NCBI RefSeq assembly: GCF_963921235.1
Contig: NC_086109.1
Span: forward strand, 5,086,001-5,150,000
Origin: Mobula hypostoma
Lineage: Eukaryota
Length of the DNA stretch: 64,000 nucleotides
Direction: 5' to 3'
The notes under the pieces were generated by a model. The model saw only the letters and a list, made by a program, of their open reading frames with translations. It was not told the DNA's origin and did no database searches. Both the position numbers and the translations under genes were made by a program. Shown here piece after piece: positions 12,406 through 24,000 of this stretch (positions are counted from its first letter, which is position 1; every line of letters begins with the position of its first letter).

Positions 12406-12670
12406 TCAGGTTTCTAGAATTTGCAGCTTTCTATATGTATTCTCTGTTTTTGCTTCTGGTTACTAGAATCTGCGGTTTATTTACTTGTATTATTTTTATT
12501 TCAGGTTTCCAGAATCTGCAGACTTTGATTTGTATTCACAGTTTTTGTCTCAGGTTTCCAGAATCTGCAGACATTTTATCTGTATTCTCTGTTTTTATTT
12601 CAGGTTTCTAGAATCTGCAGACTTTGACTTGTATTCAGTTTTTGACTCAGGTTTACAGGATTTGCACATC
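12406..12670. repeat. About 49-bp period tandem array (6 units)
   Basis: Same core at 12406, 12455, 12501, 12550, 12600 and 12647. Confidence 0.8.
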
Positions 12671-12815
12671 TTTGCTCCACACCAGAATTTCTAAAATTCA
12701 AGGGATTTTGTTCTATCTTTTTGGTTTTTAAAGCTATGCATTAATTTGGTGGGTGAGTAGCTGTGTAGAGGCTCCTCATATAACTTATATTTGGATTCAG
12801 CTGGAAGGTTTTGCA

Positions 12816-13600
12816 TACAGTGTCTTATAAAAGTATCCAGCCCCCATTACAAACAGGGATTTAACTGAGAATTTTTATTTCCAAATCACATGCTCTATTT
12901 TTTCCACAGGACATGTCAGCAGTTCAAAAGTATTCACCCCCCCCCCCCCCCGCTTGCTCAGTGAGTAGTTGAACCTCCTCTTGCATCTGCTACTGCCAGT
13001 AGTCTTTCTGGATAAATCTCAGTTAGCTTTGCACAACATGATGGAGCAAAATTTGCTAATTCCTCCTTGTGAAATTGCTCAGGCTGTGCCAGGTTAGTTG
13101 GGGAGCAGCAGTGGACAGCAATCTTAGGGTCTTGCCAGAGGTGTTTGATTGGGTTAAGGTCTGGGCTCTAACTGGGCCACTCAAGGACAGCAATTTTCTT
13201 CATTTGAAGCCACTCTGACAGTGTGCTTTGGGTTGTTATCCTGCTGAAAGATGAACTTTCTCCCCAGTTTAAGCTTTCTGGCAGAGGCCAACAGGTTTTT
13301 ATTCAGGATCTATCTGTATTTAGCAGCATTCATCTTCCCGTCAATCCTAACCAGATTTCCAGTCCCTGCTGTTGAACAGCGTCCCCATAGCATGATGTTA
13401 CCTCCACCATAATTTATAGTTGGGATGGCGCAACCCAGCTGATGCATAGAATTAGATTTACATCACACATATCGCTAAGAAAAGCATAAGTTTTCCTGTA
13501 AGCACTTTGCAAAGTATCATTTAGAAGATACTGTAAATATGTGGAAGAGAGTCTTGTGGTTGGTTGAGACTAAAGTGGAATTTATTGGCCTCAACACCAA
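12816..13600 (-). mobile_element. Tc1-like transposon remnant
   Basis: TA-CAGTGTCTTATAAAAGTATCCAGCCCCC terminus with an inner AAAAGTATTCACCCC repeat. Minus-strand motifs [18 protein letters not shown] and EWPS*SPDLNPI (13147-13182). Confidence 0.85.
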
Positions 13601-16056
13601 GTGTTGCATATTGTGAATGTCTCCATTTATCATGGAGGCATTCACCTGATCCGGCTAACGATAAATCAAACCCTCGCTAATCGAGGCGCTCAGCTTCCGA
13701 GCTGGTGATGGTGGATGGTTGAGAGACCTTGCCGTTGTCTCTGCCTGGTGATGCCCTTTAAATCTGAGCATCGGTTTTAATTTTCTCTTAAAACTGCATT
13801 TGAAAACTCAAAGTGAAGTACGTTTCGCCTTCCAGTTGCATTGTGTTGAACAAAATTACCAAAATCGCTTCTGAGAAATGTTTCTGTAGATATAAAGATT
13901 AAAGTCTGTGTGATGACATTTGCTTCAAGTTTCTGTGTGTTCATTGGATTAGATTACATGTACATTGAAACATTCATCATTTGCATCGATGACCAACACA
14001 GTCCGAGGATGTGCTGGGGGCAGCCCACAAATGTTAGCACACTTCTGGCACCAACATTGCGTGCCCACAGCCTACTAGCCCTAACCCGTACGCCTTTGGA
14101 CTGTGGGAGGAAACCAGAGCACCTGGAGGAAACCCACGTGGTCATGGGGAGAACATACAAACTCCTTACAGACAGCAGCAGGCATTGAATCGCTGATTGC
14201 TGTAAAGCACCGCTCTAATCCCTATGCCATGGCAAGTCATTCTGCTTGCTTCTGGACACCATTTATTGTTTGAAGGAGGAAGGTTGTATTGAATATTCTT
14301 TTGCCTTGTGAAAGCCAGGTCAGGTTTACAAGACACAAGAGATTCTGCAGAAGCTGGAAAATTCAGAGCAACACACACAAAATGCTGGAGGAACTCAGCA
14401 AGTGAGGCAGAAATATATGGAGAGGAATGAACAGAACAGTCAGTGTTTCGGGCCAAGAGACTTTGAAATTGTTTTTGTCCTGAAACAGTTGACACAATAT
14501 GAATCATTCCAGTTCTCTTCAGTGTCCCAACACATCAGTGACTTTTAGCAGCCTGGACAGCATATTATCCCTGAGTGGGAGATGCCTCCTTCCCTGCCCA
14601 CAAGTTGTTGATACAGATCACCCTCTGTGTGGAAAAAGTTGTCCATTAGCTTCCTATCAAACATCTTCTCTCTCGTCTTAAACCTACCTCCTCTAGTTCT
14701 TGTTTGCCGAACCCTGGGAGCATTCACCCTATCTACACCCCTCATGATATATTATGCACCTCTGTAAGATCACCCCTCACTCTCCAATTTTCCAAGGGGG
14801 GAAAGCGTCCTAGCCTGTCCAATTTCTCTCTCGAGCACTGGCAACATCCTTGTAAATCTTTTCTGCACTCTTTCCAATTTAACAGCAACTTTTCCACAAC
14901 AAATGGACCAAAAATGTTGTCTCAGGGCACCGGTGGGATAGAAGATCTACGAAAAAAAATCCACCTAGAATAAAGGTTGCAAAATCATTAGCTTATTCTG
15001 GTAAGATGGCGGCACACAGTCACAGTGGCTTCTCTGGGTCTGACAAATAGTGCAAATGTTTGTCTTTAAACATTTTTCTTGTGATCACAAGATCCTGTTG
15101 GACATTGGTAATACAAAATACTGAAAGTCTGGTTCATTAATTCATTGGCGAGACCGATGGCAGAGGAGCTGAGTGGTCTTGGGTTGTTGCATGGACCAAG
15201 CCCTCATACCACAGTGTTGCCAGTTGCAGCCACCCAGGGGAGGAGGTGAGGGAGGGTACAGAGGCATGGTGGGGATACTGGAATCCATGCTGCTTCTGGG
15301 GTCTGGGCCCTGCTGGGTGGTTCTCCCGTCAGTGCTACTCTCCTGTATTCGCTCCCTGGAAGACAAGCTAGATTGCCTCCCTCTTCACTGACCCGGCCCG
15401 AGATGAGTAACTGCCACATGATTGTTCTTGCAGAAACTTGGCTCCAGGACAACATCCTGTGCACGTTCAACCTTCAGGCCATGACACTCAGGGACTTGTG
15501 AGAATATTACTCTGTGACAGTATGTGGTATTGTAATGATATGTGTTGTATGTTGTGTGTGACCATACGTACCATGTTTTGCATCTTGGTCCTGAAGGAAC
15601 AGTGTTTTGTTTGGCTGTATATATGTGGCTGAGTGACAATAAATTTGAACTTACTCTCTCAGAGGAGGTGGGACTAGTGTAATACTTTCTCCATGAAAAC
15701 TGCTGGCCCATTCCCACCACCTGATCAACATTCATAAGCAGTCCCTAATGTTCTGTGGAGAGGGTGTTAGACACCAATGTGTACACAGGCATAGGAATTA
15801 ATTCAGACTGACTGACTCACCTGATCCTCTGCCATCACTCAACATCAAATGAGAAGCAGTGGTTCAACATGGAAACATCTCAGTTACCCCACACTGCCCA
15901 GAAGGTGGCAATGGCAAACCACTTGTCTAGAAAGATTTGCCAGGAACAATCACAGCACAAGATGATGACCCCAAACACCACCATTGCTTCAGGAAGTGAA
16001 CTCGACAAGTAAACCAGGGCTTTCGCTCCATCTACTGAAAAGCTGATTGTTTTAAA

Positions 16057-16062
16057 TTTATT
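16057..16062 (-). terminator. Probable LAMB3 polyadenylation signal AATAAA
   Basis: TTTATT on +, about 290 nt past the stop codon. Confidence 0.55.
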
Positions 16063-16352
16063 GCATTTTAATAAGTTAATACAACACTGTGTAATTAGCT
16101 TCCAATAGAAAGCTTTTCATTTGCTACCCACAAAACAAAATTGAACACATTCCAGTTAAAAAAAAGTGGAGAAATGCAAGTGAGAATGAAAATATTCACG
16201 ATGGATGTTTTTTTTAAAAAAAAACTGCTTGGGACAAAGTTATTTTTGAATAAAGCAAAGTCAGAGTCTCGTATTCCAAACCCTAATCTGAATTTTGAAT
16301 CTTCAGAAACAAAGAAGCTCTTCAGCAAGCCTCACGCGATGTCCATGTAGCG

Positions 16353-16492
16353 TTATGGTGTGCATTGTCTGTAGTACCGTGCTTGAGATTCAATATACTC
16401 CTTGATCTTGGCTACTTTATTCTGATGATCTTCTAGCTGTGCAGACTTGCTCTCCAGTTGCTTGGCTCCCTGTGCAAGTCTCTGTTCGGTTC
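16353..16492 (-). CDS. LAMB3: LAMB3 last coding exon (GTEQRLAQ...[10 protein letters not shown])
   Basis: TTTTAG acceptor; terminal YY..C typical of beta chains; TAA at 16353-16355. Confidence 0.94.
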
Positions 16493-16721
16493 CTAAAATG
16501 AAAGCACATTCACAGCGTCATCAAAAGATTCCGAACAAGGGCCACTGTACGAGACACCGCAACGTCAACTGGACAAGGTAAACCATTGTAAGCATAGCCT
16601 TCACTTTCTTCTTCTCCTCTGTCTTGTTTTATGGCGGTTGGCACCCAGCTTAATGGTTCATTACTGCCACCTTCTGCTCCAAAGTGTGCAATAGACTTAC
16701 ATTCTAAATCCTTTCACCCAA

Positions 16722-16757
<36 letters not shown>

Positions 16758-19700
16758 TCTTTCTCTCTCTCTAACCTACACCTTATCCTCCCATCTTTGG
16801 CCATCCTAGTACCCTATTCCTGCTTATCCGTCATATCCTATAAAAAATACCCTGTACCCCTTAACCCTGACCTGTGCTCTCTCACCCATGCCCAGCAACC
16901 CTTTTAATGTGATTCCTGCACCCCCAATTCCCTTAGATTAATTCTCATCATCTCTCTCTGTATCCCATACTTCCTGCAACACAGAACTACATGTTCTATT
17001 GACTCCTCTTCCCGACATTCCTCACACAATCCTGTCTGGTGTTTCCCTATCATATTCAATGTTTTGTTTAATGGACAGTGCCCCATGGCCTTCACTTTAC
17101 TGACCATACAATTCGCTGCTTCACAGTATGGAACCCAACTTAATTTCATAGAACTCAGAACAGTACAGCACCAGGCCCTTCAGCCCACAACATCTGTGCT
17201 GACCACAGTGCAAATTAAACTGATCTTCTTCTGCTTGCACACGATCCACACCCCTGCAGTCCCTGCAGACTCCTGTGTTTACGTGAACTGAACTGAGGAG
17301 GAATTTCTTTAGCCAGAGCATGGTGAATCTGTGGAATTCATTGCCACTTGGAGGCCAAGTTACTGGGTATATTTATTTATTAATGGAGATACAGTGCACA
17401 ATGACCCTCCGAGATGCACCACCCAGCAACCCCAATTTAACTTTAGCCTAAGCATGAGACAATTTACGATCACCAATTAACTTACCAACCGGTGGATTGT
17501 GGGAGGAAACCAGAGCACCCGGAGGAAACCACACAGTCACAGGGAGAACGTACAAACTCCTCACATTCAGCAGTGGGAATTGAACCTGGGTCGCTGTTAC
17601 CGTAAAGTTTTATGCCAGCCACTACACTACCGTGCCGCCCCTAAAGCGGAGGTGGCTGAGCTCTTGATTAGTAAGGGCGTCAGAGGTTACGGGCAGAAGG
17701 CATGAGAATCGGGTTGAGAGGGAATATAAATCAGCCACTCTTCTAAACTCCAGCGAGCCTTCAAGTGGCCCTTATACATTAACCCTTTCACTTCTGGGAT
17801 AAGTTTTGTGAACTTTCTTTGCACTCCTCCCCAATCCCAGCACATCCTTTCTTAGATAAGGACCCAAAATTGCTCCAACACTCCAAGTGTTGTCTGACCA
17901 ATGCCTTATAAAGCCTCAGCATCACATAGTCTCCATTCAAAATCTCCTTGGCACCAAAGATGGCATGAAAAAACTGAGACACCAATGCAGGAAAAGTGAG
18001 TATCAGACACGAGATTGCCCTTCCCAATGGTGAGGTCTCAGTGACCATGTGCCACCCACACTCAGCCTGCCGAAGCCCATTTGACATTCTGCCCCTCTGG
18101 TATTAAGAGGAGAGTCTGACCTCCTCTCTCTGGATCTTTTGCCCCACCTAGGAACTGGTTGGAATTAGAACAGGAGCAGATGGGTGCTGACCTGCCTCCA
18201 AAGAGGAGAGGTGGCTTCACTAGACAACAGCCTGGAGCAAACTGAACTCTGCCATTGGTTCCCAGTACACCAGAGTGGAATTCACAACACAGCCTTTCTC
18301 CACCATTGGACACTCTCCTGGCACATCCCCTCCATAAATATTCATCCAATTTCATGATAAAGGACAGCCAGTTACTTACCTTTAATCTTTGCCATTAAAT
18401 CCTCATACTTTTTAAGACACTGTCCAGCCTCAACTTTAATCCGATTGACTCGGTCCATTATGTCCTGCGGGAGAGGTTCTGGAACCTTATTTCGAAGTTT
18501 CTCATACTCAGCAAGGAGAAGTTTCAGACCCTGGGGAAGGAACGCATTGGAAATGGTGACACATTTTACACGCTGCTGTACCGTGTCACACACGACACAT
18601 TTGTGCAAGATGGTTCCTTTGTCATTCTCCAGAACACGAGTGTAAAGGAGAACGAATTGATTGCTACTCCAGATCCACAAAAACACAATTAGCATAAAGA
18701 ACACAATAAAAACCAATAAATTTAAAGATAAAAGCAATCCTATAAAACATATTGTGCAAGTAACAGTTATATACTGTACATAGACTGGTAGAGTGACACT
18801 GTATGTAGTGGTGGTTGGGCTGGTGGGATGGGTGAATTAGCTTGGTGGAAGGAACTGTTTTTGAGTCTGGTGGTCCTGGCGTGGATGCTACATAGCCTCA
18901 TCCCCGATGGGAGACAATCAGTCCATGAGCAGTGTGGGTCGGATCGTTCATGATGTTGCTGGCCTCTTTCTGGCACCTTTCTGTATCTGTGTCCTTGATG
19001 GAGGGTAGGCTGGTGCCAGTGATGTGTTGGGCAGTTTAAACTACCCATTGTCGAGCCTTCCTGCCTGTCGCAGTGCAGTTTCCATGCCATGCTGTGATGC
19101 CACTTGTTAGGATGTTCTCCACTGCGCCTCTGTAGAAGGTCGCGAGTACTGGTGTACATAGTCCAGCTCTCTTCAGCCTCCTTAGAAAGTACAGGCACCA
19201 GGGAGCTTTCTTGACTGTATAGGACGTGTTCTGGGACCATGAGAGAACTCATATTCTGCCTAGTCCAATTGAACTGAACCTGGACCATATCCCATTTCTC
19301 CCATCCATGTACCTATCCAAACTTCTCAAACGTTACAATCAAACCCACATCCAACATTTGCCGCCAGCTCGTTGCAACTCTCTTACCACCCTCTGAGTAA
19401 ACAAGTTCTCCTTAGGCTCCCCTGAAATACTTCTCCTTCCACCGCTAAACTATGACCTCTAGATCTAGTCTCTCCCAACCTCAGTGGTAAAAGTCTGCTT
19501 GTATTTCATCATCACTGTGTGCCATGTTGTATGACATCATCATTATGTGCCATGTCATATGACATGGGTGAACAAGGTCTTTCTATGGCCGTGATTGTTC
19601 CTGGCAAGTTTTTCCTACAGAAGTGGTTCGCCACTGCCTTCTTCTGGGCAGTGTCTTTACAAGACGGGTGACCCCAGCCATTGTCCATACTCCTCAGAGA

Positions 19701-20981
19701 TTGTCTGCCTGGTGTCAGTGGTCGCATAATCAGGACTTGTGATCTGCACCAGCTGCTCGTACGACCGTCCACCACATGTTCCTGTGGCTTCTCGTGACCC
19801 TGGGGCATTGGTGGCTGAGGAAATGCTACACCTTGCCCAAGGGTGACCTGCAGGCTAGCGGAGAGAAGGAGCACCTTACAACTCCTTTGGTAGAGACACA
19901 TCTCCACGCTGCGACCCATTTACCCTTTCTATAACCCTCATAATTTTGTTTACGTCTATAAAATCTCCCCTCATTCTCCTACACTCCAGGGAATAAAGTT
20001 CTAATCTGTTCAATCTTTCCCTATAACTCGGGTCCTCAAGTCCAGTAACACCCTTGTACATTTTCACTGCACCATTTCGACATTATTCACATCTTTCCTG
20101 CAGGTAGGTGACCAGAACTGCACCCGAGCCTCCAAATTAGGCCTCAACAATGTCTTATACAACTTCAAAGTAACACCTCCAGAAGACAGCAGACTGGCAG
20201 CTGATGACCAGTCAGCCGGCTGTGGGATCTTGCAGTGCAAATGTGTGATGAGATTACAACAGACAACGCGTCACAAATACTTCACCGGTGACAAAACTGT
20301 TAGAACGGATTCAAAAAGCACTTCCGAAATGCAAGATGGCTTTGACAGAGCAGTTACAATTGAAACCTATCGGATGTTGAAAGGCCTCGATAGAATGGAT
20401 GTGGAGAGGATGTTTCCTATAGTGGGGGAGTCTTGGACCAAAGGCACAGCCTCAGAACACAGGGATGTCCATCTAGAGTGGAGATGAGGAGGAATTTCTT
20501 TAGCCAGAGGGATTGTGAATCTGTGGAGTTTGTTGCCACAGGCGGCTGTGGAGACTGAGTCATTGGGTATATTTAAGGCAGAGGTTGATAGACTGTTGAT
20601 TGGTCAGGGTATGAAGGGATACGAGGAGAAGGTAGGAGATTGGGGCCGAGAGGGAAATGGATCAGCCATGATGAAATGGCAGAGCAGACTCAATGGGCCA
20701 AATGGCCTCATTCTCCTCCTGATACTATATTCTGGTTTAAGCCTGAATATCCCATTCGAACTAAATACAAGAGGGATTTGTCCAAAACACCAGGGCACCG
20801 ATTACACTCAGTAACAACTCCCGAGTCAAGTCTTGAAAGGAGTAAAAAAAATTAAACAGTAGTGAATTAATTCCCATTGTACATTATATTATGTTTTATT
20901 CAATGTAAACTAAAGGGCATTCATTTAAGAAGGGTGGAGAAGTTGGGGGGGGGAAGAAATATCAACAGTAATTTTTTTTAA

Positions 20982-21027
<46 letters not shown>

Positions 21028-24000
21028 AGACAGTCACACACTCACACACACAGACAGTGGTGGGTTTCTGGAACACACTGCCAGGGGTGGTGGTAGTAGC
21101 TGATAAAACAGAGACTTTTAAGAGATTCTGACAGTCACAAAATGGGTGCGGCAGGATATAGAGATGAAACTAGGTTATGGGCTGTGTGGGAAGGAAGTGA
21201 GAAGATGTCCAAATAAAAGGGTGTGGGGGTGGGGGAAAGATGCCCAAATTAAAAAAAGGCATCCTCCCTCCCTCCCGCCCCCCACCACCTTCCTTCTCCG
21301 TGCTGACGAAGGGTCTCGACCCGATACTTCGAATGCTTGCTGTTTTCCATAGATCCTGCCTGGCCTGCAGAGTTCCTCCAGTATTTTGTGTGTGTTGCTC
21401 TGGATTTCCCGCAACTGCAGACTTTCTCGTGTTTGTAGAAGAAAGTGTTAGACTACGGCAACGCACACAAGATGCTTGAGGAACTCAGTAGGCCAGTTAG
21501 ACTAGTCCTGGACTAGGTTTATATAGGTCAACAGAACCTAGAACACACTGCCAGCAGCGGCGATCGAGGATGACACAACAGAGACATTTAAGAGGCTCTT
21601 GGTTAGTCTCAAGATGGGTACGGAGAGTGATAGAGATGGAAATAGATTATGGGCTGTGCAGGAATGAAGTGCAGACTGGTCCTGGAGTAGGTTTATAAAG
21701 GCAGGCCCAACACTGTGGGCTGAAGGGCCTGTACGGTAATGTTCTCTGTTGTTTGAAAGCTAACTAACATCTTTTCTTCCCGTTAGTTTTTGTGAACACC
21801 TACCTGCTGAGCCTCCTCCCTCATGCCATATGCATTATTAGCAGTCCACTCCAGCTCATTGGCTTTCTGCAGATTTGCCTTGTTCTGTGTCAGCAGGCTG
21901 TTGATCTGACCAGCAAGACCTCTCAGTCGTGCAGTCATGTCCTGCAGGCTGGCCTCTGTACTCATCAGCTTGTCCTCGGTCTGTAAAACACAGCAAACCG
22001 TTACCACCATGGGCAGTAATGTACTTTATTTTATGCATTACCGAGCACAACAATGAATAGTGACAGTAAACATGACAGATTCTGGCGTAATTGGATAATT
22101 AGATCGTCACAGCACACAGAGAGCTTTGGGTGTCAACTAACTGCTAAATATACACCCACACATTTCATGCAGTGCACCATCTTTATCCCGGCGAAAAGGA
22201 ACCAAAAACCAGAGGAAACAGGCTTAGGGCGAGAGGGGAAAGATTCTAAAAGCTGGGTATGTGGAACAAGATGCCAGAGGAAGTGGTAGAGGTGAGTACA
22301 ATTATGAAGTTTTAAGGGACAATCTGTTGAAGGAAGTCAGCAGGGCAGGTAGCATCTGTGTGTGTGGGGTGTGGGGGGATGAAGGGAGAAACTGTCAGCT
22401 TTCCGGGTCACACCCCAACATCAGGACTGAGAGTGGGGCAGGGAGAAAGGAATAGAAAGATGATAGGCATTGTGACTCCAGTTAGGGGAGGGGAGGAATG
22501 AAGTAGGTCAATGTTTTGGGGTTCAAATTGCAGTAATACATTTCACTTTCATGTTTTATTTTATTGAGATGCAGCAATCCCGATTTAATCCTAGCCTAAC
22601 CACAGGACAATTTAAAATGAGCAATTAACCTAGCAGCCAGCAGCGGGAATTGGACCCTGGTTGCCTGTACTGTAAAGCGTTGTGCTAACCACTACACTAC
22701 CGTGCCCCACTACGTGTGGCGGCCGTACAAAACGCACTGTGAACATTGTGTGCAGTTCTGACGGTCGCATTACAGGAGCGATGTGGAGGCTTGGGAGAGG
22801 GGCCTGAAGAGGTTCACCGGGATGCTGCCTGGAGTAGAGAGTGTGAGCTATGAAGCGAGCACGGACAAACTTCCTCTGGACCGTCAGAGGTGGAGGGGTG
22901 ACCCGACAGAAGTTTATAAAATTTACAATAGGGTAGACAGTCAGAATTTTTATCCCCCAGGGTTGAAATATGGGGCATTAGAGGACACGAGTTTCAGAGC
23001 AGAGGAGAAAAATTTTTAAAGTGATGTGTGGGTCAAATTTTTTTATTATTAGACGCACACAGATACACGCAGAGTGGTGGATGCTCGGAACGTGTTATGT
23101 GCTGCCAGGGATGGTGGTGGAAATACGATAGTCGCGTTTCAGAAGTTTTTGGATTGGCGCCTGAATATTCAGGGGATGGATAGATACGGAGCACAGAGAG
23201 GCAGAAGAGACTTAGCTGAATTTGGCATTGTGTTCAGCACAGACACGGTGGGGTGAAAGGCCTTTTCCTGTGCAGAATGCAGATTAAAGGCCGGTTATCA
23301 ATAAAACCCCTGCTCTGACTGGGCTATATATTGCATTGACAGAGGGCCTCCTTAAATCAAAGGAGACTGGCCTGGTGAGATACTGTACACAGTCAAATTT
23401 GTATGATTCACTGACTGAAGGAGTCAGAATTAACTCACCTCTCTGACACGATCCTGTGTAGAGGTGATGGCCTCTCTGATGTCACCGATCTTATCGTTCA
23501 CCTTCCCCAGGGCATCGTTAGCGTCTCGCAGAGCATCACGAGCTTCACCAATGTTGTCCTTCACTTCATCAGCTCGTTCCCTGCAGCATAGCACAAGGCG
23601 ACACAGAAAAAGACCGATTTAAATTGACTGCGGCTTCATTCAAAGGGAGAACTGAACATAGAAAAGTACAGGCACTTCATCCCATGATGTTATGCCAGCC
23701 TTTTAACCTACTCCAAGATCAATCTAAGCCCTCCCTCCCTCATAGTCCTCCATTTTCCTATCCTGTATGTGCCTGTCTGAGAGTTTCTTACATCTCCCTA
23801 ATGTATCTGCCAATACTAGTAGTATGTTCCACACACCCGCCACTCTCTGTATAGAAGAACTTGTCTCCAACAATCCCCTATACTTTCCTCCAATCACCTT
23901 AAAATTATTCCCTCTGCTATCAGCCACTTCCACCCTGGGAAAAAGTCCCTGACTGTTCTCTTGATCTATGCCTCTTACCATCTTGCACACATCTATCAAA

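Noticed and set aside
10818..12670. CRISPR-like repeat/spacer appearance
   Set aside because: The linkers are homologous T-rich sequence rather than unique spacers, the repeats are degenerate, there are no cas genes, and the context is vertebrate.
5000..16000. Additional gene or miRNA between CAMK1G and LAMB3
   Set aside because: I could not recognise any exon chain or miRNA hairpin; the region is mostly TE fragments.
16417..16422. AATAAA on - strand as a polyA signal
   Set aside because: It lies inside the last coding exon (Q-N-K codons).
21055..21735. Apparent novel direct repeat (21055-21210 vs 21540-21680)
   Set aside because: Two related CR1 3' fragments, one interrupted by a Penelope module; ordinary repeat debris.
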